NCBI RefSeq assembly: GCF_022539665.2
Contig: NC_081332.1
Location: 3,720,001 to 3,784,000 of the forward strand
DNA length: 64,000 nucleotides
From: Daphnia carinata
Taxonomy: Eukaryota
Direction of reading: 5' to 3'
Position numbers and translations under genes: made by a program. Numbering within the stretch: the stretch's first letter is position 1; each line of letters opens with the position of its first letter. The notes below the pieces were generated by a model that did no database searches, was not told the origin of the DNA, and saw nothing but the letters and a program-made list of their open reading frames with translations. Shown piece after piece: positions 17,451 through 31,281 of this stretch.

Positions 17451-20400
17451 TTAAGCCGCCGACCCGCATTTCGTGTTGAAAGACCAATCACAGTGGCTCT
17501 GAAATTAAAAAAAAAAATTAATAATAATATGAATTGTTTGAGATTTGTTTTTAAAATTTCGGAATTTTTGTTGTTATTGTTGTACTTACTCGATTCCAGT
17601 ACAACCCTCCGGGGCACCTGGCTTCGGCCCATTGTCCATTCACGCACTGATAATAGCTAGTACAAGCGGATTCATGCGGCCGGAAGGATCCGCTCGTGCA
17701 GCTAGTTCCTTTACCCGAAATGGGAGCCCAAATACTTACACTTTCCGAACTGTCGTTGTTGTCATTACCGCCATCTACTTGATGTTTTTTAAAGAAACGA
17801 AAATGTTTCATTGGTGGAAAAATTGTTTTGCATTTTTTTTGTTTTTTTTGTCAACTCACATTTCATTGGTGAATTGGCGCACGTTTCTCCCGATGCTGGG
17901 TAATTGCGTAGTACGCGGTTGATAGTCTTGAGCAGTGGGTATGTTTCGCATCCGCACCGGTTGCGGAAATCGTCCAAGTCTAGCGCCCAGATCATAGCGC
18001 CGCCGAGTTTCATTGTGCGAACGAGATCGGATTTTCTACGGACAATGTCCACGTCGTCGAAAGAAACCCATTGATCCCCGCGGTAGGCATATGGCCCCAT
18101 GGCTCCTTCTTCATCTTGTACAACTGTCCATCCGCTTCCTTTGACTTGTTTGCAAATCTGTTTGATCCATTGAAATGAGAAATTGACGTTTTAAACTTAA
18201 GAAATGAATGAAACGAATTTAAACCTCGTAATAGGCAAGGAATCCAGCTTGACGCGTAAATTCTCCTTGCTGGCCGGTTCCTTTAGCCGGAGCGTTAAGT
18301 CCGTTGACGCTGGGATTTTGCAGTGTGAATGACTGGCCGTAGAGCGGAACCCCGAGAATGAGTTTAGCCGGATCAGCTCCAAGTTGAATCCAGTAATTGA
18401 GCGTGTAGTTCGTGTTGAAGTAAGCAACATCAGCTTCCGAGTGGAGACTGAAAGGGGCGACGTGTCCAGTCTTTTTGTCCCAGTGTCCGTGATAGTCGTA
18501 CGTCATGACGCCGATCCAGTCGAAATCTCGTGAAAGTGATGGCACGTCGTAGCCAGCATCGATAACGGCCTTGGACGGCGAGACGGCTGCTGACAATAGC
18601 CAACCTCGCGGAGTGAATGCGGCTCTCAATTCGCTTACCAAAGATGCGAAAGCCGGTTTGTCCGATGCGGGACCAGCATTGCAATCCACCTGCGTATTTT
18701 TTTTTTTAAAGATTACGTTATCTCACGTAAATTCATTTTGTTTCCGATTGCTTTATACCTGCCAACATTTCGGATACTCCCAGTCGAGATCGAGTCCGTC
18801 AAATCCGTACTTTTCAATAAAGATAATGGCGTTATCGATGAAACGCTTCCTGGCTGCTGGATCGTTGACCATGCGGCTGTACTTGTTGCCCAGCGAATCA
18901 TTCCAACCACCGAGAGCGATGAGAACCTTAATGCCGGAGCTCTTGAGGGCTACTACTTTAGCGTAAAGTTTCGGTCCGTATTCGTCAGTGTCTGACCATG
19001 AGTCGAATACGCGCATGGTCAATTGGGTGGGGTCTAACGTGGCAAAGCCGTAAAGGATGTGAGTGCACAGGTCGACATCGATGTCAGCTGGGGAGTATTT
19101 GGCTTCACCGGGGCGATACCAAGACCAGTTGGTATAATAGCAGATCACCTTGTATTCACCTGGCATTTGAAAATATGTCGTTCAGAACTTTTTATAAAAT
19201 CTTTTTTTTTGCATATTGTACCTGGTTTGGATGGTTTTGTAGGCCCTGCTGGTCTGGTCGTAGTTGTAGGTCTTGTTGGCCTCGTTGTTTCTGTTGGTCT
19301 TGATGGCCTCGTTGTTGTTGATGGCCTCGTCGGTCTACCTGTTGTGGCTACTAATGAGGGCGTCGTTTGGGATCCACCCGGGACAACTGGAGATTCTTTT
19401 TTTTCAAACAAATATTTGATTGAATTAAGCGTGAAATGTTGTGGCAAGGAATTGAGGTCTTACGGCCGTTGAATGGGCAGTTTGCGTTGGCTGGCCAGTC
19501 GCACACTTTTATTTGTTGATTCCAATGCAGTCCAGGTTGGCAACCTTGTTCGATTAGCTGTCCGTTGACGCACCATTGATAGGCAGAACAATCGGGCCCC
19601 CTTTGACTGTATTGTCCTTCTTGACATTGTTCAATAACCGGTTCGATGGCTGGTGGAGGTGGTGGCCGTGTCGTAGGTCTGGGTGTAGGTCTGGATGCTT
19701 CCGTAAAGCTGATCGTCGGTACAAAGGGGGTAGTAGAACGTGTGGGGGCTGAAGTGGGTGGCAAGGTAACTGTAAAAAATCATAGCGTCAGATGAAACTG
19801 TTGATTTGATTTTGATATTTTTTTTTTTTAACGTACTTTGATCGTCTGATTGGCAATTGACTCTTTCGGGCCAATCGCAAAGCGTTTCGTCGTTGTTCCA
19901 GTACAGCCCGGGTGAGCATTTGTTCTTCTTCAAAACGCCCATGACGCATCTAGCAAAAGAAGTGCAATCGCCCGGCACAGGGTAATATTGGCCGTTGATG
20001 CAATTTGTTTGAGTCGGTGGCTCAGTCGGTGGTTGGGTTGGGGGTCGTGTTGGAGGTCGTGTCGGTGGTCGTGTCGGTGGTCGTGTCGGTGGTTGGGTTG
20101 GCGGGCGAGTAGGTGGACGAGTAGATGGTCGGGTTGGCGGCGGGGTTGGTGGACGGGTTGGCGGCGGGGTTGGTGGACGGGTTGGCGGGCGGGTTGGCGG
20201 TTGAGTTGTTGGGCGAGTAGGTGGCCGAGTTGACGGTGTAGTTGGAACTGAAAATTCCACAAAAGACGAGTTTCATTTTACTTTTTAAATAGCCGGGCAC
20301 AAATGTTGTAATATTCAAATTTTTACTCATTGGGAATGTGGATGGAGTGGTAGGCCTTGTACTCATGCCCGAATCGAAACCAGTTGTGATGGCCAGCGGG

Positions 20401-23400
20401 GGTGGGGTGACTGGTGGTGGTGGACGTTGGCAGTTGATTCCAGGTGTTGGCTGTGGATCCGTGCGGATGCCAAGGGCTCTTGCGATAGCTTTTGTCAAAG
20501 GGAAAGCTTCTGTGCAGCACGTATTTTTGAAATCGTCCATGTCAATGGAGAAGACCATCGCACCGCCAAAGCCCTCTCTTTTGATGTAGTTAGCTTTACG
20601 ACGGACCGAATCGACGTTATCGTAACCAACCCATTGATTACCCCTGAAGGCGAACGGGGAATCGTTGCTCACCTCGGTCCAAACACCTTGACGCACTGTT
20701 AATCAATTAATCAATGGCCATTTTTATCATTGGCAAAGAATTATACGGGAAGGTTGGCACTTTGACTTACCTTGATGACAGATTTCGTAATAAGCCAACA
20801 TGCCCGCTTGTTGGGTGTAAGGGCCAGGGAATCCAGCTCCTTTGGCCTTGACACCGATGGCCGCTTGATCCCTTGTTGTAGCCGGAACGGCTAACGTGAA
20901 ACTCTGGCCGTAGAAAGGAATACCAACGATAAGTTTAGCCGTCGGTATGCCCTGTCTACTCCAGTAGTTCATGCTAGCTTCGACACTGTCTGAATCGCCG
21001 CTCCCTTGAAGTGGAGCTGTGTGTCCCGTCATGCCCTCCCAGCTGCCGTGAAAATCGAACGTTGGCACCGTGATGAAATCGGCGTATCGTCCGAGTGCGG
21101 CTCCGTCGAAAGCCGTCACAGCGACGTTCTTGTAACCGGCCACGTTAACGCCCAGCAAAAGATCGTTTCTGCTAAATTCACGGCTCAATTCTTGTATTAA
21201 AATGGGGTAGTTTGTTCGGTCGAACGCGGGTCCTTTGGAACAATCAGCTTGCCAGCAAACCGGGTACTGCCAGTCGAGGTGCAAACCGTCGAATCCGTAC
21301 GTTTTGAGGAAAGCCACTGCGTGAACGGCAAACAAGGAACGCGCCCTGGCGTCGGATACGAGCCGACTGTAAGCGTCGTCCCGCGATTCCGTCCATCCGC
21401 CCATTACCAACATGATTTTCATACTAGGATTCATTTGTTTCAGCGAAATAATCCTGGCGTACATTCCTGCGTGAAACATTTTTCAGAATTTTTTATTTCA
21501 ATTGGGTATTTTAAAAGCATTTTTTTTTTCTAAATTTACTGTTGCTGATGTCCGTCCAGATGTCATTGCTCTTGATGAGCAAAGTTTTCGGATCTAGCCC
21601 CGCGTAGGCGTACAAAACGTGAGTGCAGCTGGATGACAACACGTTCTCTGGAACGAATTCGGCATCACCGCGTCTCAGCCATGCCCAGCTGCTGTAGTAG
21701 CAGACGACCTTATAGTCATTATTCTTTTGCAATCGCCGTTCTGCTATTTTTATTTATTTTTTTTTTTTTAAGAAAACAGGTTAATTGAAGGGATTTCTAA
21801 GAATTAAATCGTAATGGGCTTTACCGCTTGTTCTGGAATTCTTTGAATTGCACTGGACGTTCTCCGGCCAGTCGCATACAAAGATGCTTGGGTTGAACAG
21901 TAAACCAGCTGGGCAGTTGAAGAAATAAGCGTTCGGTCCAACGCAACGGTAGAACTGACTGCAATCCCCGGGATGGGGGAAAAAGCTGTCCCCTTTTATC
22001 AGACAGTTTGGATCGAATCCGTTTGAAGGAGCAGCTGTCGTTGGTGCGGGAGGAATGATTGGGATGGGCTGTAGCGGAGCAAAAGTAGACAGTTCAACTG
22101 GACCGGATGTCGTAGGCCGCGATGTCGTCGTCGGACGAGGCGGGGCCGTTGTTGTGGGTCGAGGTGTAACAGCTGTCGGTGTTTGTCCATTTCGACCTAA
22201 TCCATCGTTGATTGCGCCTAACAAAGGCCTTTGAGGTCCACAATCTCCTTTGATGTCGTCCAGTCCCACTGCCCAGATCATTGCCCCTCCCAGTCCGGTC
22301 CGTCTGATGTAATCCATTTTCGCTGCGACCGACTCCACCGTGTCGTAACCAATCCATTGATCTCCTTTGACGATGTACGGACTTCCAGCCGGATCTTGCA
22401 ATTCTTGCCATCCGCCATCTTGCAGCCATCTGCAAATTTCGAAGTAGGCAACGAAACCGGCCTCCTTGGTGTAGGGACCGACCATTCCAGCACCGGCGAT
22501 CGGTGCCCGGGGTTGCGAATTGCTCGGATTGGCCAGTCGGAAATTGCGTCCGTAAAACGGAATTCCGAAAATGATTTTTGAAGCCGGGGCTCCTTTAGAG
22601 ATCCAGTAAGACAAAGCGCCGTCAGAGTGCAGGTTTTGCGTAGCGCCCGTATCGAACGGACGCCTCGATAGCGGGGCGTGGTGATCGGCGTAATTGTCCC
22701 ACGTGCCGTGAAGATCGTACGTCATGACGTTAATGAAATCCAACGATTTGGCAAGTCGCGGCACATCGTAGCCTTCATTGATCCGGAAGGTAGCTGCTGG
22801 AACAGCCGCCGTCAAGAGCCAATTGCGTGGCTGGAAGACGGCGGACATTTCCTCCACCAACAAAGCGAAATTCTCTTTGTCAGCCCATCTACCGTCGCGA
22901 TCCGTTGCACCTTTTGATTTTCAAGTATGAACAATTAAAGAGTGCGGTGTCTAATTGAATTGCATCCCGCCCCTGGGTTAAATTCGCGCCGGTCTACTTT
23001 TCAGTGGGAATTTTGGAACAAACGTTGAAAGGGATAATCATCAAGAAGATGCTCTCTGTTTTCGTACTTTGATCTTTTGCATCTTTCGTTTCTTAACGAG
23101 CTTTTGATCTGCTGACGTTCGAGCCCTATTTTTTTTTTTTTTTTTCAAAAATCGTTTCCCTCCCTTCATTTATCACAAAATCCAATGGAATTGAATTAAA
23201 AAGTTTGCGTACCTGGATACTCCCAGTCGAGATCGAATCCGTCAAATTTCCACTTTTCCATAAAGACGACGACGGAATCGATGAACTTTGACCGGCTGGC
23301 TTTGCTGGAGACCATCTGCGAGTACTGTTTACCTCCTTCGGACCAGCCGCCGATGGCAATCATGACTTGTAGGTCAGGGTTGATGTTCTTGAGGGCCAGC

Positions 23401-24386
23401 GCCGCTCTAAAACCGCCTGCGTCATTGAAAATTCAAATTTCATTCACACAACGTGTTTTTCTTTGTTTTAAATGGGAGGTGGGAGGGTGGGGGGGGGGTG
23501 ATTACCCCTGATGACTTCGTAGTCTGGATCGAGGATAGTGACGGTCAGCGATGTCTTGTCAAGTCCGACGAACGAATAGATGACGTGAGTGCATCCGAAT
23601 GGATCCACATCGGCCGGGCTGGTCGTCATCGGCTCTTCACGATAGATGGCCCATGATTCGTAGTAGCACACGACCTTGTAATCCTCTCCTGCACATCATT
23701 AAATACGTCGTCATATCGATTTCAGATCACACGTATAGAAAATTTTAAAAACACGTTCCCATTTTCACGTAAAAGGGCATCGGAATAAATTAACAGCACG
23801 AAAGAACAAAAAAAAAACTCAAAAGATGTTCAACTCGTCTCTGAAAGGCGTGTCTGATATTTGTCTGCGACCTATAACTCTTTCTCATCTTCGTAAAGGC
23901 CCGAAACGATCGAGTCCTAACGGGGATCTTACCATTTCTAGTGTCTGATAACGGATCGATTGGCACCGGATCGACGGGTCGCTCCAATTCGTCGACGACG
24001 GGCGCTTCATTTTGATACGAATGACCGTTGAATCCTTTGTAACTCTCCGGATAAGACTGTTGCTCTTCCACGTAAATCGTGTTGTCCCGAATTCGGTTGC
24101 GTTCATCATGGGCCGGCTGGTCGTGCTGGCTCGTGTCTTTGGTTTGGCTGAGGATTTCGAGCTCCATGAACCGTCCGCGGGTGTACTGCGATTGCTGTCG
24201 GCGGATGTCGTCGGAATTTGGCCGATGCTCGATAGCACCCCGGTTAAATCCGACGACCGGTTCCACGGCTACTAGCGTCCGTTCATTAGCATAGTCTCGC
24301 TCGACACCATCCATCAACTCTTCTCCACCGGCTTGCGCGCCGATGAGAAACGTCACAACCAACGCGAGGCACCACCGCAGTTTCAT
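17451..24386 (-). CDS. Cht10: Multidomain group II (Cht10-like) chitinase: SP-GH18-CBM14-GH18(inactive)-PT linker-CBM14-CBM14-GH18-CBM14
   Basis: Signal peptide [19 protein letters not shown]. Three YKV(V/I)CYY-starting GH18 domains with [22 protein letters not shown] and [11 protein letters not shown]. Four six-Cys CBM14 modules (C..GLxxN....CDW). Last exon [18 protein letters not shown] at 17451. Confidence 0.93.
20014..20240 (-). repeat. Coding 12-nt tandem repeat ([12 protein letters not shown]) forming a mucin-like chitinase linker
   Basis: ORF 19631-20260 reads [24 protein letters not shown]...; the 12-nt period is visible in the DNA (ggtcgtgtcggt). Confidence 0.9.
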
Positions 24387-27300
24387 TGTTCCGTCTCAAC
24401 GTTGTTCTCTGTGTGTGGGCGGATTAAGCAGAAAATCTAAAAACAAAAGAGACAGAAAAACAATTTTTTCCCTAATCCCTTTCGATCAAAGTCAAACGTG
24501 CACATTATTTATAACGAAGGCAATGTTTAATAATTTGTTTGGCTTCATTATTGGGAATGCCGTCCAATTTTTGTTTGTGTTTGCATGGGGGGTGGCAGAC
24601 CTACCGCGGCGGCTTATATTTAGCTTCTTATTTATTATGAAATCCCCCGTTGCCTTCTGGCGTATGCGATAATGTGTGTTGACTTGCTAATGAGGACGTG
24701 GCCCACGCGCTCATCCGTCATCATCACTTTTCAAAACTTCCGACAAATGAACTCAAAATCGGCGGAGAAAAAGGCACAACGACTCGTACCGTGATGAGTA
24801 TTAGAATAAGCGTGTCGTGAAAGGTAGCTGCAGGGCATCTGTTCGATGGTCAAACGCATCTCATTGAAAACTCCCTGAAAAAAAGAAAGGCTCCACGCAA
24901 TCGCGTAGTTGATGGCTTCCGATCTCAAAGACGTACTATCAAGAGGTCAACGTCTCGCCATGCAAATTCTTTTGGCTAAAGGAATAGGGAATTTGAAAGA
25001 AAAAAGAAACCTGATTTATTTACTCTAGTCTCTTACGTCCAAATGAGATATCTGTAAATTCTATAGTCTTTGCTGGCCAACGTGTTCCCTTGTATGGTTT
25101 GATTTCGTGTGAAAATTGAAAAACAAAATGACACGAATTTTATTTGAAAAACGTCGCATCCGTCTGAAAATGTAGGGGAGGGGGGTATATCGTGATAGGC
25201 AGTTGAGGTTTTATAGCGTATCATGAAAAATGACGAGCATGTCACTTCCGTACATTACGACATGTTCAAAATGAAATATGTGTTTCTCGTTATCAGTTTA
25301 AAAAACCCAAACGATTTTTGATAATATATGGTAGACGACCAAAATGAAGACGTTGGGAATTGTTTCCGAGAAAACGGGTTTTGCTCGTTTTTATTGAATT
25401 CAAATTCGAACTGCGAAGAATGTTAGCGGGAAAAAGAGGAGCGCACTCGTGAGTTCAAGGATGCCAAAATAAACACCATTTTTATGTATCGCGGTAGAGT
25501 TGTTTAAGGATCATACTTTTTTTTTTGCGGCCAGCTGCAATATATTTTTTTTTTGCTTCAAAACTTCGTATGGGCTCTACGTGCAAAACCTGTTTCAGCT
25601 TCGGGCTTGGGCGTGGTGCTATATTCAAAAATAATTTTTTTTCTGCGTTCTTTTGCATTCGTTGTTTATCTTGAACTCTTCAACTTGATACATCCTTCTT
25701 CCTTTGTTTTGTTTTGTATTTCTTTTTATATTCCTGAAGCCAAATGGAGATTGCAAAGTCGTCCAACACGTATGGTAATTACGTTCATTTTTTTTTTCTC
25801 GTGCAACTCTGGACGTGCGCCATTTTCGACCGCTGGCCATGCAGTCCTCCACTCCCTTTTTAAGACAGTTTGACGGGTTCGTTGGACGAAGAAGCATCAC
25901 CAAAAAGCTTCTTCTATACAGAAATAAGACACCTGCAATTTTTCTTCTTCTTTCATTCGGTCGACTATTAAAATAAATCCATTTTCTTATCCCCACCTTA
26001 CACGTCGGCTATTCAATCGGCATCCGATTGCAAAAGAAAAGAAAAAAATGTGCCCAATGTCAATGATATGCGCGTTCCTTCTTTTCTAACGTCCAACACA
26101 CAAAATGTTTATGATTGTTATTAGACATGTGATAGGTGATGGGAAAATTGCACTTCAAGGACGACCTTGATCTTGAAAAAATGAAAAAAAAAAAAAAAAA
26201 TAGTCTCAATGGGGACGGCCTTGTCGTCGTTTGCCAAGAGGAGGTAACGCGACCGCCCGGCGTGAGTCTAATTTGAAAAAGAAAAATGAAACGTCCCGTG
26301 AACGGCCGTGAGTTCCATTTATTTCGTCCCCCATCTATTTGCTGAAATTTCGTTTGCAAACCGGTGTCACATCCTCCTCTTTATAGCGCATACCAAACCA
26401 CTTTTTGTCCTTCCTTCTTCCTATCGCACTCCCTTTTTCTTTTTCAAACAGGTGGGAAAATGTGTGAAACATTCCCGATAAGATTTCTGTTTTGCGATTC
26501 TACTAGAAAGATAAGAGTGGGGAGGTCTAAACAAACGCGAAAGGTTTGGCCGATGCAATGCTAATCTGTCAACACCTGAGATTTGTTGTCACCTGTCGGA
26601 TGCACTTGAAGGGAAAAAGAGGGGGTAGGCTTATTATTTTGTTTACCTACGTCCAAATATTGCCACCCTTTCGTTTTCTTCCCACAGTTTTAGTTCCAAA
26701 AAACACTGGACGAACGGGGTCGTCCTTTGTTTGCGCTCTACCGGACACCTATTTCATACATTTTTCTTATTATCCTTTCCCTTTTTTTTTTCATTTTACT
26801 TGTTGTTTACCTGGGCCAGCTTAAAAGAAGTCAGCGGCTTCTTTAATTTGTTTACTCAATTCTTGCTTCTTAAACAAGGAAGGGGGTGCGCTTTTTTACG
26901 TGTTATCTTTCCGCTTGCCAGGACTTCACTCAACAATAACAACTAAAGAAGCTAAAGGGGGGTCTCGTTGGGAAGCAACAGCGTGAAGGGGAATTTTTTA
27001 AAGGAAAGTTTTTATTCCTCCATCGATTCTCGAATTTCGTTGGTTTTTTTTTTGAAAGATAAACTAAGAAAAAAAAAACTCAACAAAGCAAAACAATTGA
27101 ATAAAATGACATTTGATGCTTCAAAACGAGTCCCACGCCCAAAAGAGCTGTGATGGGTCCTAATGTGTCAACGGTCATTTTTCGATTCCCCTTTTCCACC
27201 CCCTTCGCTGTGTGGCATAATCGGTACGCTAGAGAAGATACCCTCACTATCGTCTACCTGAAAGGTGAAGGGGGGGGGGGGACGAGTAACGTCGTGTGGG

Positions 27301-28125
27301 GGGGAGGGGTTAAAAAAAAAAGAAGAAGAAGACTGTACACTTTAAAAAAAAATCTTGTCAGAAATAACAAGTTGGAGAAGTGATCGGCAAAGGTTTTTTG
27401 ACTTGTCACAATGGAATGGACAACGGCAGGAAGACCCCTCTCTTCCGGAGGGGTTACTTATGCCGACAAGGGTGGTAATACATATAGGATATAGGATGAC
27501 TGTTAAAGTTTTAGGGTTCGAACTTACCGCGCTCCTTTTTGCTTGACAATCCTGTTGTCGTGCGCTGTGTGATGCGAACGGGCCAGATAACCGTGAAGAC
27601 AAGTAACGCGCACAAAAACGTGTCCTCCGTCCAAGGGTTTTTCTTTTTCTTTTCTTTTTTTTTTGTGTTGTTGCGTTGACAATAAATCACGGATGCGATA
27701 CTGAAAAATCCAAAAGAGGGAAAGTCTTTTTTTTTTTTTTTTCCCGACCCTCGAGAATAGATTTTTGGATTTGAAACACACGGGGCGGAATGAACTTTTG
27801 GTGGGCTATGTTCGACCCCTTCGGAAAAATGCGTAGAAAAACAATCCGAAAATAAATATTTAAAAAAACAAACAAAAAGAATTCCTTTTGGTTAGATTGT
27901 GTAGCGAACGGTTTGGAAGGGGGGTTTCAAAAAAACAACAACAAAAAAACAAAATCAATTCAAATCTTGTCGGTGATGATATGAAAACCCACAAAGGGTG
28001 GTCCCCTCTTCGTCTTCAACAACGGGGAGAAAAAGAAAAATTCGAATTGTTTTTTTCTCCTATGTTTGTTTGTGTGTTTACCCAAAAAAAGTTGTTGGTT
28101 CGGACGGGCGGGGTTTTCAAACTCG

Positions 28126-28163
28126 ACTGTCAGCCGGTACTCGTCCAGCAGAGCCTTTTTATA
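28126..28163 (-). promoter_or_regulatory. Candidate TATA/Inr core promoter of the chitinase, with non-coding 5' exons (~28081-28130 and ~27528-27700) spliced to an acceptor near 24438
   Basis: Minus-strand TATAAAAA at 28156-28163, followed ~33 nt later by TGACAGT. Donors GTAAAC (~28080) and GTAAGT (~27527); pyrimidine-rich acceptors at ~27701 and ~24438. Inference only. Confidence 0.4.
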
Positions 28164-31100
28164 CAGGCAACAGAGTGGCGTTAGCGACTGACTCGACCAC
28201 TTCCCGCAGGCCAAAATACGATGTTTCGTCTTGGGCTTCTTTTTTTTTTTCCTCTTTTTTTTTTTTAAATATTCCTCTTCTTCTATCGTTGTTGTTTTGT
28301 TTTATTTGTTACTCTCCAACGTTTGTTTTTGTTTTCTATGTATATATCTATATATTTTTTGTTCTATAAGAAAGAGGGGGGCATCTTCTGTAGTTTTTCT
28401 TCTATTTTAATTCTTTTTTTTTCTTCTTTTGTTTCGACTTTGCACTTTCGAGTGACAAGCGAAAGAAACAAAACAACTTGTTTCTTCCTCTTATGCCAAT
28501 TCCCGGCTTCTTGTTGCACACACGCTCATTTGGGAGGCGGGAAGTGGGGGGCAGACCAATTTTAGAAGGGGTCTCTTCGCAAGAACCTTCGGTCATCATC
28601 ATCATTCCCGATGGGTCGTCTGTGCGTGCGTCTCTAATAAGAAACAAAAACAAAAAAAAACAAGCAAACCTGCCAGCGTGCAAACAGAGAGAGTGGCGTG
28701 AAACCCCGCCCGACCCGCACATGCATCTGTGAAGCGCGAAAAATTCCTATGAGCCCAAGCGAATTTCGCTTATATGCGCACACACCCGCATATGCACAAA
28801 ACGTACGCGTAGATTATGTGTGACAAACCTTAAGAAGAAAAATCTCAATGTCGTGAGTTTCGAAAAAAAAAGAAAATAGAAAATTTTTTATTTTCGGGAC
28901 AGGAATAAAATCAATTCGCTGAAGATGAAAAGATGTTTTCGGTAGGTTGGAGTCAAGGTTGAACCGCTTTTATCACGAAAGTCCGGCCCAGAATAATTTC
29001 TTGTTGCGCGACCGTTTGAATTCAAACCGGAATACTAGTTTTTTTTGTTTCAAAAAAAAAAAAAAAAAAAAAGAGAAAGGATCATGTCGTTAGTGGCCAT
29101 CCAATTGACTTGCGTCACCGCTAAAGAGGAGGACGATCTCGGTGGGTGTATCCCGACGCCAAACTGAATTTTTTTTTTCTTACTTTGGCGTACGCAAATT
29201 TTCGGGAAAAGAAATGATGAAGAGGCGACGGAAATGACGGCCTCTTTCACCATCGTTTTGCTTCGGCAATTTAAAAGCCATCACGACGCCTTTTTATCTT
29301 TCTATTCTGTGTACATCTTTATGGTATTTTTGTTATCATTATTTATCTGTTTCGTTGCTTTCCGAGAAAGAAAAATGAGTTGCCAAAGCGTTTTTTTTTC
29401 CGACCCCTCGAGCCTAGCATTTGCATGGGCAAGTCGTTTTGAACCGTTTGAACTCAACGAGAAAGTGGGCCTGTTTTTTGTACCTTCAATACAAACCACC
29501 CACTCGTCTGTTATGGCTTTTTCTCTTCCTCGCATGACTTCATTTCACGGTTTCGGGATTCCCAGATTCTTTCAGCTTTTTATGTCTAATAGCCGCTACG
29601 GGTACAACGATAGCCGCTATAACTTATGTCACCGCGCGTTCCTCCAACCCCCTCCCCCCACCCTCTTTGGCCCTTTACCACATTTCCATCTCTGAGGAGA
29701 TCTGTTCTATAGGCAAATGAGACCATAACTTAATATCAAAGCAGAGTTTATTTTTTCTCTGTCTCTTGTGATTGTCGGCTGGAGATGATGATTCGGACAA
29801 TGAAACAAGAGTCTATGAATAATACAGGAGAAACCAATCGACCTCCTCATAAATTCTGTTGCCTAGGCATAATGGAATTTGTGGGAGAAAATAAGGTTCC
29901 ATCACGGGTTCTAGATTTCCTCCTCCATGATATTCCATCCTCTCATTCTGTCGTTCATATGTACATATTTATATACCCCGTTTTACGACCTCTTTGGCCA
30001 CAGTTCGCTCCGCTCTATTGTGAAAGGGATGGTCCCTTTGCCACGACAGGGCGCTAAAGATTTTTTCCTTTTTTATTCTTGAAGGAAAAAAAAAAAATAA
30101 ACAAATCATATTCTTTATATCTTCCCGATGGAACGCATTATTGCACAATTTATACACGGAACGTGTGTGATTTTCTTATGAGCGCTTCTAGAATGTTTGG
30201 GGGCAGGAGGTAGAAGAACGTAGTCACCTCACATACTACGCACCTTGCACTTTTGCAGTTATTCGTGATTTCTCCCGTTTCTATCGTGAATTCTTTTGCT
30301 AACCTGTCACACCAACGGTTTGCGGTCGACTCATTGGTGTTCATATTTTATTCAGGTATTCGCGATTGGCTTTTTTTTGTATTTCTTTCAGAGTTTATCG
30401 ACGGCTTTATTTTTGGCCAGTACATCAATCAAATATTGTCTTCTTTTTTTAGCGCAATCAAACCCACTCCGATTGTGCGGAATATCCGTTTCGCACTAGA
30501 TCGTGCCATCCCATAATCATCAGATCCATTTCTCTTTTTTTCTTTATTTTACACTTACGGTATAAAAAGCATTGGATTTGGGCAAAGCCCAGAATTGGAT
30601 GCGACGTACCGTGTGTCTTTGGGAAAACATTTTATTCATAAAGCGTCGGATGTCTAAAAAAAAACAATTGTTTGCACGCGTATTTGAATTCCTTTTTTCT
30701 TTGGGAATGAGGGTAAGCGATCGAAAGGTGCGACCGGTGAATAGAAATGGCGATAACAGGATTCGATAAACAGCCGCGTATATTCGGAGTGTATTTTTTA
30801 TTCGATTTTTTAACCACACAGTCGACCTTAGAAAGTGCATACGCTCATACTGGTATCGGATTTATTTTTAAAAGAAAAAGAAATAAGAAAAGAAAAGCTT
30901 CCTCACTCATCGTAGTTTACTGCAATATTTTTGCTACCTTTTACTCTCCCCACCCCCTTTTCTTTTTGTTCTTTTACGTCTCACTTGTTTTTGTTTTTGT
31001 TTTCCTTTTTCGCCTGCGTTAAAGGGATTGATATCCTAAGTGTTTCTTAATGTGAGTTGTGCAGCGAAGAAACACAAATTCTGCTTGCTTTTTGAATGGT

Positions 31101-31247
31101 TCTAATCCGACATTACGATGCAATATCGCAAACGTGACAGTCTTCGCATTTTTATTTTCGATGAAAAACAATTTTTCCTCGTTTTCATTTACCCCCGCTA
31201 AACAAGATACAGAAAAAGGAAACATTTATTTGAATAAAAAGCATTCC

Positions 31248-31281
<34 letters not shown>

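Noticed and set aside
19930..20696. Overlapping repetitive ORFs in alternative frames/strand (HDHR-, WR- and PAAN-rich)
   Set aside because: These are shadow frames of the 12-nt Pro/Thr coding repeat in the chitinase.
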